Numbered from the stretch's first letter, positions 17,142-26,491 are shown. The stretch is DNA of 64,000 bases from Clostridia bacterium (GCA_017517745.1 JAFWYJ010000040.1:18453-82452), one strand, 5' to 3'. The notes: generated by a model not told the origin, from the letters alone. Program-made: numbers and translations.

Positions 17142-17414
17142 ATGGCAAAAGGAACAAATCGTGTTGTGGCAGGGGATTACCGCGGAGCAGAGGTGATCTG
17201 GAACGGAGCAGAGCTTCTAATCTCGGGATTGATGTTCACCGCCTGCAAGATAGACAAGACCACGGTCGCCCATCACACCCTGGTGGGACAGACGAGCGGT
17301 CTGTTCGGAACGAACGTCGGATACAACGTTTCGGTGGATTTCACCAACGGCAAAAGATCCATGCTTTCGCTCGACCAACAATATTATGATCTTTTGATCA
17401 GAATTTTATTTTAA
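17142..17414 (+). CDS. 90-aa small beta-rich protein, unknown function
   Basis: RBS is TGGAGAT. It lies in operon context and has no recognisable motif. Confidence 0.5.
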   Translation: MAKGTNRVVAGDYRGAEVIWNGAELLISGLMFTACKIDKTTVAHHTLVGQTSGLFGTNVGYNVSVDFTNGKRSMLSLDQQYYDLLIRILF

Positions 17415-17429
17415 GGAAAGGGATCGATT

Positions 17430-18341
17430 ATGTTTTATTACGGACCCCCTCCGCGGCAGGATAGAGACGGAGGCTGTTTCGCCTTCTTGGCGATATTCAT
17501 CATCATTGCCATCATCGCAGCTGTGATCGGCTGGTACATCCTTCTCTTCTTCCTCGGACTTGGCTTGGCGGTTGGTTGCGTGTTCTCATTGATCATTTAT
17601 ATTCGTGCACTCGTTTCCGCCATTCAAGAGCTTGCCGCCGCGCCGCCGCATGCATCCAACAAACTGTTGACGGTACTCAAGGGCTACGGAATCCTGCTTC
17701 TGAAGGTGCTGGCAAACAGTTTCCGCGAGACCATGACCGTGGTGTCAAACAGCTTTACAAAGTTTCTGAATCACCGTGTGCTTTCCTTCCAGAAATGGAT
17801 GTGGCTGACCGTGGTCCTCACGGTTTCGGTGTGTGAGGTGCTTTTCCTGATTGCCGCGATCATGTTCCAGTTTGTGCTCGTGAGCGCGATCCTGATGCTG
17901 ATCTTCTATCTCATTGTTGCGGTGTTGCTCATCAATCTGATCGCGGCACTTGGCTATACGACTGTGTTGGCGGTTGCAGATCTGATCAGGAATATCGGTG
18001 TCAATCAGCGAATGGATCACATGACCTTTTCTTCGCTCTCCACGTTTTCCGCATGGCTGCAAGCCCCCGGACTTCTTTGGAAGAGTGAAAAATCCTTTTT
18101 CCGCACGGTGATCGCAGATACGGCTCTGCGCGCGCGCACGTTTTTGGCATATTCGGGCGCACATCGCCTGGTTTCGGTGCAGAAGTGGTTTGACCTCACT
18201 TGTGCCATCGCGATCTGGGTGGTTGCCGCCGTCTTCAGTCTTGTATTCACGCTTTGTTATCTGATCGCATTCTTGGCAGTTTGGATCGCAAACCTTTTCT
18301 GGACGACGGGCGTTGTGTTGTTTTACCGTCTGCATCCTTGA
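17430..18341 (+). CDS. Polytopic membrane protein (303 aa), unknown function
   Basis: RBS is AAGGAAAGGG. Six or more long hydrophobic segments are visible. Confidence 0.65.
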   Translation: MFYYGPPPRQDRDGGCFAFLAIFIIIAIIAAVIGWYILLFFLGLGLAVGCVFSLIIYIRALVSAIQELAAAPPHASNKLLTVLKGYGILLLKVLANSFRETMTVVSNSFTKFLNHRVLSFQKWMWLTVVLTVSVCEVLFLIAAIMFQFVLVSAILMLIFYLIVAVLLINLIAALGYTTVLAVADLIRNIGVNQRMDHMTFSSLSTFSAWLQAPGLLWKSEKSFFRTVIADTALRARTFLAYSGAHRLVSVQKWFDLTCAIAIWVVAAVFSLVFTLCYLIAFLAVWIANLFWTTGVVLFYRLHP

Positions 18342-18356
18342 TCGGAGGCGACGGAG

Positions 18357-19298
18357 ATGAATCTGTTTTTGATTGCAGGCAACGGCTGTGACGGGAACGG
18401 GATGGCGGAGATTCGACGAATCTCACGGTTGCTTCCGATTCTGGAGAGCGGTGTGCCTTGCATTCTCACGGGCTATCAACCCGATCAGCTGGCACTGGCG
18501 ACCGAGGCACAGAACGTTCTCAAGGACGCCCGTGTGCGACCGACACATCTTTGCACGGTGTCCGAAGCGGACACGTTTTCCAAACTCTGCCTGCAGGCCG
18601 AGTTGCTTTTGGAACGAGTTCGCCGCGGAACCCTATCAGACCGTGGAACGCTGTTGATTTTGGCGCCTGCCGACATGATCCGTGCAATTCTGCAAGCCGC
18701 GTTTTATATGAGACCGGATGAGGCGATCGCGCTTTCTGTGCCAAAAAGCGGGACACGTTGGATCGCGTTGAAGGGCGAACACTTCTTCGATCTCGGCGCA
18801 CTTGCCGATGCCGAGGTGGATTTCACCGAGGACGAGCCGAATCCGAACGAAGATCTTCCTTCGGGTGGCTTTTGCGGTGTGATCGGCACGGACGATGCAC
18901 AAGAGAAGCAAGAAGAGCCGCAGCACAAGTATATTCCAACATATTTCAAAACCCATTGTTACCGAGAAGACGCCGTGACGTTTGTGAAGACCGTCAATCA
19001 AGTCATCAAAACCGTTCAAAACGTGATCGAAAAACGCGTCGAATGGGGATACGGCATGCAACGTCCTCCGGATTTTGCGCGAAACAACGAATTGAGAATG
19101 CTTCGCACATTGATGGAGGGAGCAGTCGCCTTTGCTTGTGCGAAGGCACTCATGAAAGAGGGCGTGCAGATGGGGCAGGTTTCTCCCGAGCGGGAAATGC
19201 CCGTGCTTGAGGAGGAAAACAACTACGGCATCGATCTTGAACCAAGCCGAGAACAAAACGGCAGAAACCATGGAAATGAAATGCAAAATTCAAAATAA
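18357..19298 (+). CDS. 313-aa protein; the N-terminal half resembles a histidine-phosphatase (PGM-like) fold with catalytic residues replaced
   Basis: RBS is GGAGGCGACGGAG. LFLIAGNG sits where LIRHGE/Q would be, and LLILAPADMIRAIL sits where VSHGG-IR would be. The similarity was judged by eye only. Confidence 0.5.
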   Translation: MNLFLIAGNGCDGNGMAEIRRISRLLPILESGVPCILTGYQPDQLALATEAQNVLKDARVRPTHLCTVSEADTFSKLCLQAELLLERVRRGTLSDRGTLLILAPADMIRAILQAAFYMRPDEAIALSVPKSGTRWIALKGEHFFDLGALADAEVDFTEDEPNPNEDLPSGGFCGVIGTDDAQEKQEEPQHKYIPTYFKTHCYREDAVTFVKTVNQVIKTVQNVIEKRVEWGYGMQRPPDFARNNELRMLRTLMEGAVAFACAKALMKEGVQMGQVSPEREMPVLEEENNYGIDLEPSREQNGRNHGNEMQNSK

Positions 19299-19316
19299 GT
19301 AAGAAAGAGGCATATT

Positions 19317-19796
19317 ATGAGCAATAATAACGATATCATTACATTAACAAGTGCCGACGGTACCAGCACGGATTTTTATAACCTCGGCGTCATCCGTCAC
19401 AAGGGCACTTCCTTTGCGATTCTTCAGCCTGTGGATCTTCCTGCGGGAATGACGGCAGACGAAGCACTGGTGTTCCGTATGACCTTCAAGGCGGGCGGCG
19501 ACATTGATTATAATATTGAGGTTAACGACAAGATCGTGGACGCCGTTTTGAAGAAGTTCAACAATCTGGTGGATCAGAGCAACAATGACGCCGGAAGAGC
19601 GGTCGGACATCCCCTCAACATGCTGCTTGACGTCGGAGTCTTCATCGTGCTGGTGATCATGACCCTCGTTGTGCAGGATTTCTTGCCCACGGATGGATTG
19701 CGGAGCATCTTGCTCACGACAATTTTGGCGGGAATGGTTGCAGACGTCGGATACTTCATCGTGCATCTGTTCTGCTTCCTGATTGGAAAGCGTTGA
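19317..19796 (+). CDS. DUF1292-like N-terminal domain fused to a C-terminal membrane segment
   Basis: ITLTSADGTSTDFYNLGVIRHKGTSFAILQPVD follows the DUF1292/UPF0473 pattern. The C-terminal 60 aa are hydrophobic. Confidence 0.55.
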   Translation: MSNNNDIITLTSADGTSTDFYNLGVIRHKGTSFAILQPVDLPAGMTADEALVFRMTFKAGGDIDYNIEVNDKIVDAVLKKFNNLVDQSNNDAGRAVGHPLNMLLDVGVFIVLVIMTLVVQDFLPTDGLRSILLTTILAGMVADVGYFIVHLFCFLIGKR

Positions 19797-19820
19797 AAGA
19801 GAACGTCAAATCGAAAAGCA

Positions 19821-19860
19821 AAAGGCATTCCCAAACGCGGGAATGCCTTTGCTGTTTTTA
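19821..19860. terminator. Intrinsic terminator closing the long operon (between convergent genes)
   Basis: AAAGGCATTCCC (19821-19832) pairs with GGGAATGCCTTT (19839-19850). It is followed by GCTGTTTTT. Confidence 0.75.
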
Positions 19861-19873
19861 TACCTTTGCGGCG

Positions 19874-20503
19874 TTAGCGTTCAGCCTTGATGTTTTTCAG
19901 CAACGGTGCGAGTGCTTCGGCGATCTCTTTGAGCGGTGCGGCGGAGGTGTTGATGCAGAAGTCATAGTTGGTACGGTTTCCCCAGATCTGCCCCGTGTGA
20001 TAGTGATAGTGTCTGGCACGGTTTTTGTCGACTTTTTTGATCATGCGGCGCAGTTGCTTGTCGGAAAGTTGCTCGTGCTCGTCAGCATTTGCGCGACAAC
20101 GAGCGACCTTGGCTTCCTCCTCGGCGTAGACGAACAGACGGACGGGATGATAGTCCTTGAGAATATAGTCACTGCAACTTCCGACGATCACACAGTCCGA
20201 GCGTTCCGCCATTTCGCGCAGTACGTTTGCCTGCTCGCTGTAAACGTGGGCGTAGTGATGCAAGAGATATTCTCCGCCGTGGTTGTGATGATAGAGCGTG
20301 CGGCCGACCGTGATGGGAAAGGGAATGCCCGTGTGGTTTTCCACGATCGCGTGAAGATACTCCTCGGCAAGCTGTGTGCGCTTGGCGATCTCTTGAACGA
20401 TCTCTTTATCGTAATAAGCAAATCCGAGCAGTTCCGCGAGCTCCTTTCCAAGCTCTCGTCCGCCGCTTCCGAATTCTCTGCCGATGGTGATGATTTTGTT
20501 CAT
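19874..20503 (-). CDS. Cytidylate-kinase-like family P-loop protein
   Basis: MNKIITIGREFGSGGRELGKELAELLGFAYYDKEI is the typical N-terminus of this family. GGAGGG lies 6 nt upstream of the ATG at 20503. Confidence 0.7.
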   Translation of the reverse strand: MNKIITIGREFGSGGRELGKELAELLGFAYYDKEIVQEIAKRTQLAEEYLHAIVENHTGIPFPITVGRTLYHHNHGGEYLLHHYAHVYSEQANVLREMAERSDCVIVGSCSDYILKDYHPVRLFVYAEEEAKVARCRANADEHEQLSDKQLRRMIKKVDKNRARHYHYHTGQIWGNRTNYDFCINTSAAPLKEIAEALAPLLKNIKAER

Positions 20504-20697
20504 GGAAACCCTCCGTTTTGTCAAAAGTCTGATACCTAACTATATTATACTCTTTTTTCAAGCATTTGTCAAGAATGAATGTTTTTGAAGAAACGGTAGG
20601 CTTTGCGAGAATCGTTTTTTGTACGGAGACGGAAAAGAACCCCTCGCGATATCACATATTTTTTCCAATCTCAGCATAGAGTGTGACGAGGTGATGT

Positions 20698-21921
20698 ATG
20701 ATGAAACGAACTCGATTTTTGCGGCGAATTTTGACGTTGCTTATGACACTTCTTTTGGTGATGCTTTCTGTGATTCCGGCGACTGCCGAGGAGGGAATCG
20801 TGCCGATTCTCGATGCGGAAGAAAATGCAACGGGGGTGTCGGATCTTGGAGTGAAGGAAGGCTCTTTGCAACTTCCGTGCAAGGGCGCGATCCTGATGGA
20901 GGCGACAACGGGAGCGGTGATCTACTGTCAGAACGATGCGGAGGCATTGCCGCCGGCTTCTGTGACCAAGATCATGACACTCCTTTTGGTGATGGAAGCG
21001 ATCGATGCGGGAACGGTACGCCTTGACGATACCGTTGCTGTCTCTGCAAACGCGGCTTCGATGGGCGGCTCTCAGGTCTTTCTGAAGGAAGGCGAGCGCA
21101 TGAAGGTGGAGGATCTCTTGAAGAGTGTGGTGATCGCGTCTGCGAACGATGCGGCGGTCGCACTTGCTGAGCATATCGCAGGGAGCGTTCCCACGTTTGT
21201 GGAGCGTATGAATAGCCGTGCCGCCGAGCTGGGCATGAAACATACGCGCTTTGAAAACGTAACGGGACTCGACGATACTGCCGAGCATCATCTGACGTCC
21301 GCGCGAGATATCGCCATGATGTCGCGAGAGTTGATCAAACATCAGACGATCCTGCAATACAGCTCGATCTGGATGGACACCATCCGCGACGGCGCGTTTG
21401 GGCTTACCAATACCAACCGCCTGGTGCGCTTTTATCCCGGTTGCACGGGACTCAAAACCGGTTCGACCTCCAAGGCTGGATTTTGTGTCAGCGTCACGGC
21501 GGAGCGCGACGGTTTTTCTTTGATTTGTGTCATCATGGGAGCCGAATCCCGTGACGTGCGAAATGCGACCGCAACACAGTTGCTCGATTGGGGATTTGCC
21601 AATTACGGACTTTATTCCTCTGAGGCGGCAACCACCGATCCGATCCCTCTGACGGGTGGTGCCGTACGTGATTGTGAAGGCTCTTACGGTGCGTTTTCTT
21701 GTGTCCTTCCCAAGAGTGAGATGGGAAGCGTCAAGAAAGAAGTCTCTCTTCCCGATCGCCTCGCGGCTCCCTTGAAAGCCGGGGACGAGATTGGAGAGGT
21801 CCGTTTTCTTGTGGGTGAAAAATCGGTTGGGAAAATCCCCGTCATTGTCAATGATGACCTTCCGAAGATCGGATTTTTTGAGGTTTTTGCAAGAATTTTT
21901 GCGCGATTTTTACTGATTTGA
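20698..21921 (+). CDS. dacB: D-alanyl-D-alanine carboxypeptidase (PBP5/6-type serine peptidase)
   Basis: A signal peptide is present. The three motifs are SVTK (SxxK), SAND (SxN) and KTGST (KTG). Confidence 0.85.
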   Translation: MMKRTRFLRRILTLLMTLLLVMLSVIPATAEEGIVPILDAEENATGVSDLGVKEGSLQLPCKGAILMEATTGAVIYCQNDAEALPPASVTKIMTLLLVMEAIDAGTVRLDDTVAVSANAASMGGSQVFLKEGERMKVEDLLKSVVIASANDAAVALAEHIAGSVPTFVERMNSRAAELGMKHTRFENVTGLDDTAEHHLTSARDIAMMSRELIKHQTILQYSSIWMDTIRDGAFGLTNTNRLVRFYPGCTGLKTGSTSKAGFCVSVTAERDGFSLICVIMGAESRDVRNATATQLLDWGFANYGLYSSEAATTDPIPLTGGAVRDCEGSYGAFSCVLPKSEMGSVKKEVSLPDRLAAPLKAGDEIGEVRFLVGEKSVGKIPVIVNDDLPKIGFFEVFARIFARFLLI

Positions 21922-21982
21922 CCGTTGGTTTTTGTGAAAAACGGAAAAAGAGAAAAAAAGTGATTTTTTTATTAAAAAAAGA

Positions 21983-22011
21983 TTGTTTTTTTGTAGGAAA
22001 TGTTATATAAT
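21983..22011 (+). promoter_or_regulatory. Sigma-A-type promoter upstream of pgi
   Basis: TTGTTT (21983-21988), 17-nt spacer, TATAAT (22006-22011). Confidence 0.45.
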
Positions 22012-22049
22012 ATCTATTAGATTTCATTAGCGAAGGACGGTCAAATTCT

Positions 22050-23390
22050 ATGGCAATCAAACTCAACGACAAATATCTTTCTTCTTTTGTGGGAGAGCAT
22101 GAGTACAGACACATTCAAGCACAGGTCACCGAGGCAGATCGCCTTTTGCGCACGAAAAGCGGCGCGGGCAGCGATTTTCTCGGTTGGGTAGATCTTCCCG
22201 TCAATTATGACAAGGAGGAATTTGCGCGCATTCAGGTTGCCGCAAAGAAGATTCAGAAATCCTGCGACGTGCTGGTGGTCATCGGCATCGGAGGCTCTTA
22301 TCTGGGCGCGCGTGCCGTCATTGAATATCTCAAATCTCCGCTGTATAACGCGCTCAAAAAGGATACGCCCGACATTTATTTCGCAGGCAATTGCATCAGC
22401 GCCGACGCGCTGAACGAGCTTCTGCAGCTCTGTGAGGGACGCGACGTTTGTGTCAACGTCATTTCCAAGTCGGGAACCACCACCGAGCCCGCCGTTGCTT
22501 TCCGCGTGTTCCGCGAACTGATGGAGAAGAAGTACGGCAAGGACGGCGCGAAAGAGCGCATTTTCGTCACGACCGACAAAGCGCGTGGAACGCTCAAGCA
22601 GTTCTCGACAGAAAAGGGTTACGAGACCTTTGTGGTTCCGGATGACGTCGGAGGCCGTTTCTCGGTGCTGACGGCGGTGGGATTGCTTCCGATCGCAGTT
22701 GCCGGAATTGACGTGGTTGCTTTGATGGAGGGCGCGGCATCGGCAAGAGTTGCCTATACCAACCCCGACATTTCCAAAAACGATTGCTATCGCTATGCCG
22801 CGCTTCGCAATATTCTTTACCGCAAGGGCAAAACCACCGAGATCATGGTCGGCTACGAGCCTTTCCAGACGATGCTCAACGAGTGGTGGAAACAGCTGTA
22901 CGGTGAAAGCGAAGGAAAGGATCAGAAGGGCATTTTCCCCGCGTCGGTCATTTTCTCGACCGATCTGCATTCGCTGGGTCAGTTCGTCCAGGACGGCAAC
23001 CGCAATCTCTTCGAGACGGTCATCGACATTGCCGAAACCGGATCGCGCTTTGAGATCCCGGACGATCCCGCCAACGTGGACGGATTGAACTTCCTTTCCG
23101 GTAAGAATATCAATTATGTCAAAAAGACCGCGATGATGGGAACGATTCTCGCGCACGTTGACGGCGGAGTTCCGAACATCATCATCAACGTTGATGAAAA
23201 GAGCGCCTTTGTGTTGGGCGAGCTGCTCTATTTCTTCGAGCTTGCTTGCGCGATCTCGGGTTATATTCTCGGTGTCAATCCGTTTGACCAGCCGGGTGTT
23301 GAATCCTATAAGAAGAACATGTTCGCTTTGCTTGGCAAGCCGGGATATGAGGAGCTTTTGGAAAAATTGGAAAAAAGACTGAAAAATTAA
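22050..23390 (+). CDS. pgi: Glucose-6-phosphate isomerase
   Basis: A 446-aa Firmicutes-type PGI. Characteristic segments: [38 protein letters not shown]. Confidence 0.9.
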   Translation: MAIKLNDKYLSSFVGEHEYRHIQAQVTEADRLLRTKSGAGSDFLGWVDLPVNYDKEEFARIQVAAKKIQKSCDVLVVIGIGGSYLGARAVIEYLKSPLYNALKKDTPDIYFAGNCISADALNELLQLCEGRDVCVNVISKSGTTTEPAVAFRVFRELMEKKYGKDGAKERIFVTTDKARGTLKQFSTEKGYETFVVPDDVGGRFSVLTAVGLLPIAVAGIDVVALMEGAASARVAYTNPDISKNDCYRYAALRNILYRKGKTTEIMVGYEPFQTMLNEWWKQLYGESEGKDQKGIFPASVIFSTDLHSLGQFVQDGNRNLFETVIDIAETGSRFEIPDDPANVDGLNFLSGKNINYVKKTAMMGTILAHVDGGVPNIIINVDEKSAFVLGELLYFFELACAISGYILGVNPFDQPGVESYKKNMFALLGKPGYEELLEKLEKRLKN

Positions 23391-23410
23391 ACAATAACAT
23401 CAAAAAACCC

Positions 23411-23439
23411 TTGACTTTGTGCTTGGAATTTGATATAAT
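23411..23439 (+). promoter_or_regulatory. Consensus sigma-A promoter (extended -10) for the small P-loop gene and topB
   Basis: TTGACT (23411-23416), 17-nt spacer ending in TGa, TATAAT (23434-23439). Confidence 0.6.
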
Positions 23440-23495
23440 GAGAGTACAAGGATGCGAGGGCAATCCGCATTCGGATTTTTGGAGGTAAACACAAT

Positions 23496-23903
23496 ATGTT
23501 AAAATTGATTATCGGCGTTAAAGGAACAGGTAAAACCAAGACTCTCATCAATTTGGTCAACGGTGCGCTCGAGGTTACCAAGGGAGACGTCGTTTGCATT
23601 GAAAAGGGCAGCAAGCTCAGATATGACATCAAGCCGTCGGCAAGATTGATCGACGTTGAAGAATACATGGTAGACGACGCGCAGTCGCTTTACGGCTTCG
23701 TCGCAGGCATTTTGGCAAGCAATCATGACGTGACCGATCTCTTCATCGACAGCACGCTCAAGATCTGCAAGGGAGACCTTCCCGCGTTTGAGACGCTGGT
23801 TGTGGAGTTGGATAAGCTGACCAACAAGGTCGGACTCAACATGACCATGACGGTTTCGATGCCCGAGGATGCCGCTTCCGACACAATTCGCAAATATATC
23901 TGA
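23496..23903 (+). CDS. Small (135-aa) P-loop NTPase-like protein, unknown function
   Basis: A Walker-A motif, GVKGTGKT, is at the N-terminus. RBS is GGAGGT. Confidence 0.6.
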   Translation: MLKLIIGVKGTGKTKTLINLVNGALEVTKGDVVCIEKGSKLRYDIKPSARLIDVEEYMVDDAQSLYGFVAGILASNHDVTDLFIDSTLKICKGDLPAFETLVVELDKLTNKVGLNMTMTVSMPEDAASDTIRKYI

Positions 23904-24018
23904 TAAGGCTCCTCCAAAGGAGCAGTCACATATGGGCTGCCCGCGCAAGCGCGGGTAGCCCTGTTGTGTGTTTTTGTTTTTCCAAAATGCAAATCAATCG
24001 ACAGGGAGGTGTAGAGTC

Positions 24019-26217
24019 ATGATACTGATCATTGCGGAGAAGCCGAGCCTCGGACGCAACATTGCGGCGGGCATCGGTGCGATGCAACGGAGACAGGGGT
24101 ATCTGGAAGGACAGGGATATCTGATCACGTGGGCGTTTGGTCACTTGTTTTCGCTGTGTGACATTGAAGAATACAATCCGCAGCCGGACGGTTCTACACG
24201 CTGGACGCTGCAAAATCTGCCGTGCTTTCCCAAGGAATTTCGATTTGAATTGCGCAAGGGAGACAATAAGCGTGTCGATTCGGGTGTCAGAGCGCAGTTT
24301 GAGGTCATCCGTCAGCTTTGCAACCGAGAGGACGTGGACACCGTTGTCAACGCGGGAGACGCCGACCGAGAGGGAGAGATCATCGTCCGCCTCTGTATTC
24401 AGAACGCGCTGAAAACGCCCAAGACACTCAAGAGGCTGTGGTTGCCTGACCAAACCCCTCAGACAGTCGCCAAGGCGCTGACCGAGATGAAGGAAGAGGG
24501 GGAGTATGACTCGCTGGCATCGGAGGGCTTCGCAAGAACCTATATCGATTGGCTTTACGGCGTCAACCTCACGCGCTACGCCACGCTCAAAACCGGAACG
24601 CTTCTTCGTGTCGGACGCGTGATCGTCCCCATCGTCAAGGCGATCTATGACCGAGACATGGCGATCCGCAACTTCGTTCCGGGGAAATATTACGCCATGA
24701 TCAGCCGAGAGAAGACCAACGGAGAGATCGTGGAGCTGACCTCCAAGCACAAGTTCGAGCAGAACGAGCTTGCCGAGGCGCAACGAACCTGCGCACTCTA
24801 CAACGCGACGGGAGCCGTCGTGACGGGTGTGAAAAACAAAAAGGACAAGCTTTTCCCCGGCAAGCTCTATTCGCTTTCCAAACTGCAGAACGTGCTGGGT
24901 AAAAAATACAAAATGTCGATGCAAGAGAGCCTGACGATCGTGCAGGGGCTTTACGAAAAGGGCTATCTGACCTACCCGCGTACCAACTCGGAGTATCTTG
25001 CCACGGCAGAGAAGGACAAGATCCGTCAGATTCTCGCGGGCTGTGCCAAGCTGGGCTATCCCGTGAAGTTCAAGGATCACAAATCGATCTTCGACGATAG
25101 CAAGATCGAATCGCACTCGGCGCTCACACCGACCTATAAGATCCCCTCCAAGGAACAGCTCAACGAGCGCGAGATGCAGGTCTATTCCACGGTGTTCCGC
25201 CGCTTCGTGGCGGTCTTTTGCGCGGAGGATTGCATCGTTTCGCGCACCGAGATCACGATCGACGTGGGAGAGCTGGAAACCTTTGTGCTCAAGGGCATGA
25301 CAGTGATCGAAAAGGGCTGGACGAAGTACGATGACTACAATCAAAAGGACAAGATTCTGCCTGCCCTGAACAAGGGAGACGTGGTCAACATCGACTTCAA
25401 GCCCACCGAAAAGGAAACCTCGCCGCCCAAGCATTACACCATCGAAACCCTCAACAATTACCTCAAAAATCCCTTCAAGGACGAAAAAAAGGCGGCAAAG
25501 GAAGCCGCTGAGAATGAAGAAAACGGGGAAGAGGGAGACGACAGCGAGGACTACCGCGCCATCTTCGAGGGCTTGGAGCTTGGCACCGAGGCAACGCGTA
25601 CGGGAATCATTGACAACGCGCGTAAAAGCGGGTATATCGATCTCAAAAAGGACGTTTATACCATTCTCCCCGGCGGAGAATTTCTGATCCAATCGCTTCT
25701 GCAAATGCAGATCACGATGGACAAATACAAGACTTCTCAGCTCGGTCAGGCACTCAAAAAAGTCTTTCACGGCAGCATGACCGTGGAGGAGAGCGTACGC
25801 CTTGCCGAGGACGAGATTCGCGAAGTGTTTGACAAAAAATCCGACGTGACCTTCGCGAGAGAGAGCGACACGGGATTTTTCGGGGACGTGGTCGCGAAGT
25901 GTCCGCTTTGCGGCAAAGACGTCAAGCGGCAACGCAACTTCTACGGTTGCAGCGGATACAAGGACGGATGCAAATTTTCGGTGAATATCAGCATTTGCAA
26001 CCGTGTGATCTCGATCGCGATGCTGAAGGAATTGATCGAAAACGGCAGGACCCAGCTTATCGAGGGCTTCGTTTCGCCGCGTTCCGGAAAGAGTTTTTCC
26101 GCCGCCCTCAAGCTTGAGAACGGGAAAGCCGTATTCGACTTTGAAAAACGCGCGCCCGCGCTTCCGATCGGTGACGGCGATCAGCCTCCTCTCCCCGAGC
26201 CACCGCCGGAGTGGTAA
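24019..26217 (+). CDS. topB: DNA topoisomerase III (type IA)
   Basis: The Toprim N-terminus is MILIIAEKPS. The active-site tyrosine context is GYLTYPRTNSEYL. A C-terminal zinc ribbon is CPLCG...CSGY..C. The ATG at 24019 follows GGGAGGTG. Confidence 0.9.
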   Translation: MILIIAEKPSLGRNIAAGIGAMQRRQGYLEGQGYLITWAFGHLFSLCDIEEYNPQPDGSTRWTLQNLPCFPKEFRFELRKGDNKRVDSGVRAQFEVIRQLCNREDVDTVVNAGDADREGEIIVRLCIQNALKTPKTLKRLWLPDQTPQTVAKALTEMKEEGEYDSLASEGFARTYIDWLYGVNLTRYATLKTGTLLRVGRVIVPIVKAIYDRDMAIRNFVPGKYYAMISREKTNGEIVELTSKHKFEQNELAEAQRTCALYNATGAVVTGVKNKKDKLFPGKLYSLSKLQNVLGKKYKMSMQESLTIVQGLYEKGYLTYPRTNSEYLATAEKDKIRQILAGCAKLGYPVKFKDHKSIFDDSKIESHSALTPTYKIPSKEQLNEREMQVYSTVFRRFVAVFCAEDCIVSRTEITIDVGELETFVLKGMTVIEKGWTKYDDYNQKDKILPALNKGDVVNIDFKPTEKETSPPKHYTIETLNNYLKNPFKDEKKAAKEAAENEENGEEGDDSEDYRAIFEGLELGTEATRTGIIDNARKSGYIDLKKDVYTILPGGEFLIQSLLQMQITMDKYKTSQLGQALKKVFHGSMTVEESVRLAEDEIREVFDKKSDVTFARESDTGFFGDVVAKCPLCGKDVKRQRNFYGCSGYKDGCKFSVNISICNRVISIAMLKELIENGRTQLIEGFVSPRSGKSFSAALKLENGKAVFDFEKRAPALPIGDGDQPPLPEPPPEW

Positions 26218-26230
26218 GGGAATGTTTTTT

Positions 26231-26358
26231 GTGGGGGAAGGAAAACTTCTTTGAGGAAGAAGCTTTTCCTTCCCCCACACCCCTATCCTTTCAAGAACCT
26301 TTTGGAAAAGGGAAAAAGAGAAAGCATTCCTCGGTTTGCCGCCTCGGAATGCTTTCTG
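26231..26358. repeat. Composite palindromic repeat, copy 1 (hairpin B, conserved flank, hairpin A)
   Basis: Hairpin B is GTGGGGGAAGGAAAACTTCTT...AAGAAGCTTTTCCTTCCCCCAC (26231-26280). The flank is CCCTATCCTTTCAAGAACC (26281-26299). Hairpin A is GAAAGCATTCC...GGAATGCTTTC (~26320-26358). Confidence 0.8.
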
Positions 26359-26448
26359 TGGTTTTATGGGAAGGAGACAGATTATAAACAAAATTCGATC
26401 GCACAGAGAAACAGTTACGTTTATCCCTTTTGTGCGAAACGTTTTTGC

Positions 26449-26488
26449 GGGGGTGTGGGGGAGCTTTTTTCAAAAAGCTCCCCCACAA
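26449..26488. repeat. Short variant of the palindromic repeat, immediately 3' of rhaA; likely terminator-like
   Basis: GTGGGGGAGCTTTTT-TC-AAAAAGCTCCCCCAC forms a perfect 15-bp stem. It lies 4 nt from the rhaA stop. Confidence 0.7.
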
Positions 26489-26491
26489 ATA

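Noticed and set aside
1-19860. A diversity-generating retroelement or toxin-antitoxin/restriction module inside the large operon
   Set aside because: I saw no reverse-transcriptase motif (YxDD) and no template/variable near-identical DNA repeat pair. I also saw no methyltransferase or nuclease signature. The only internal DNA similarity is the tandem gene duplication at 8981-10456.
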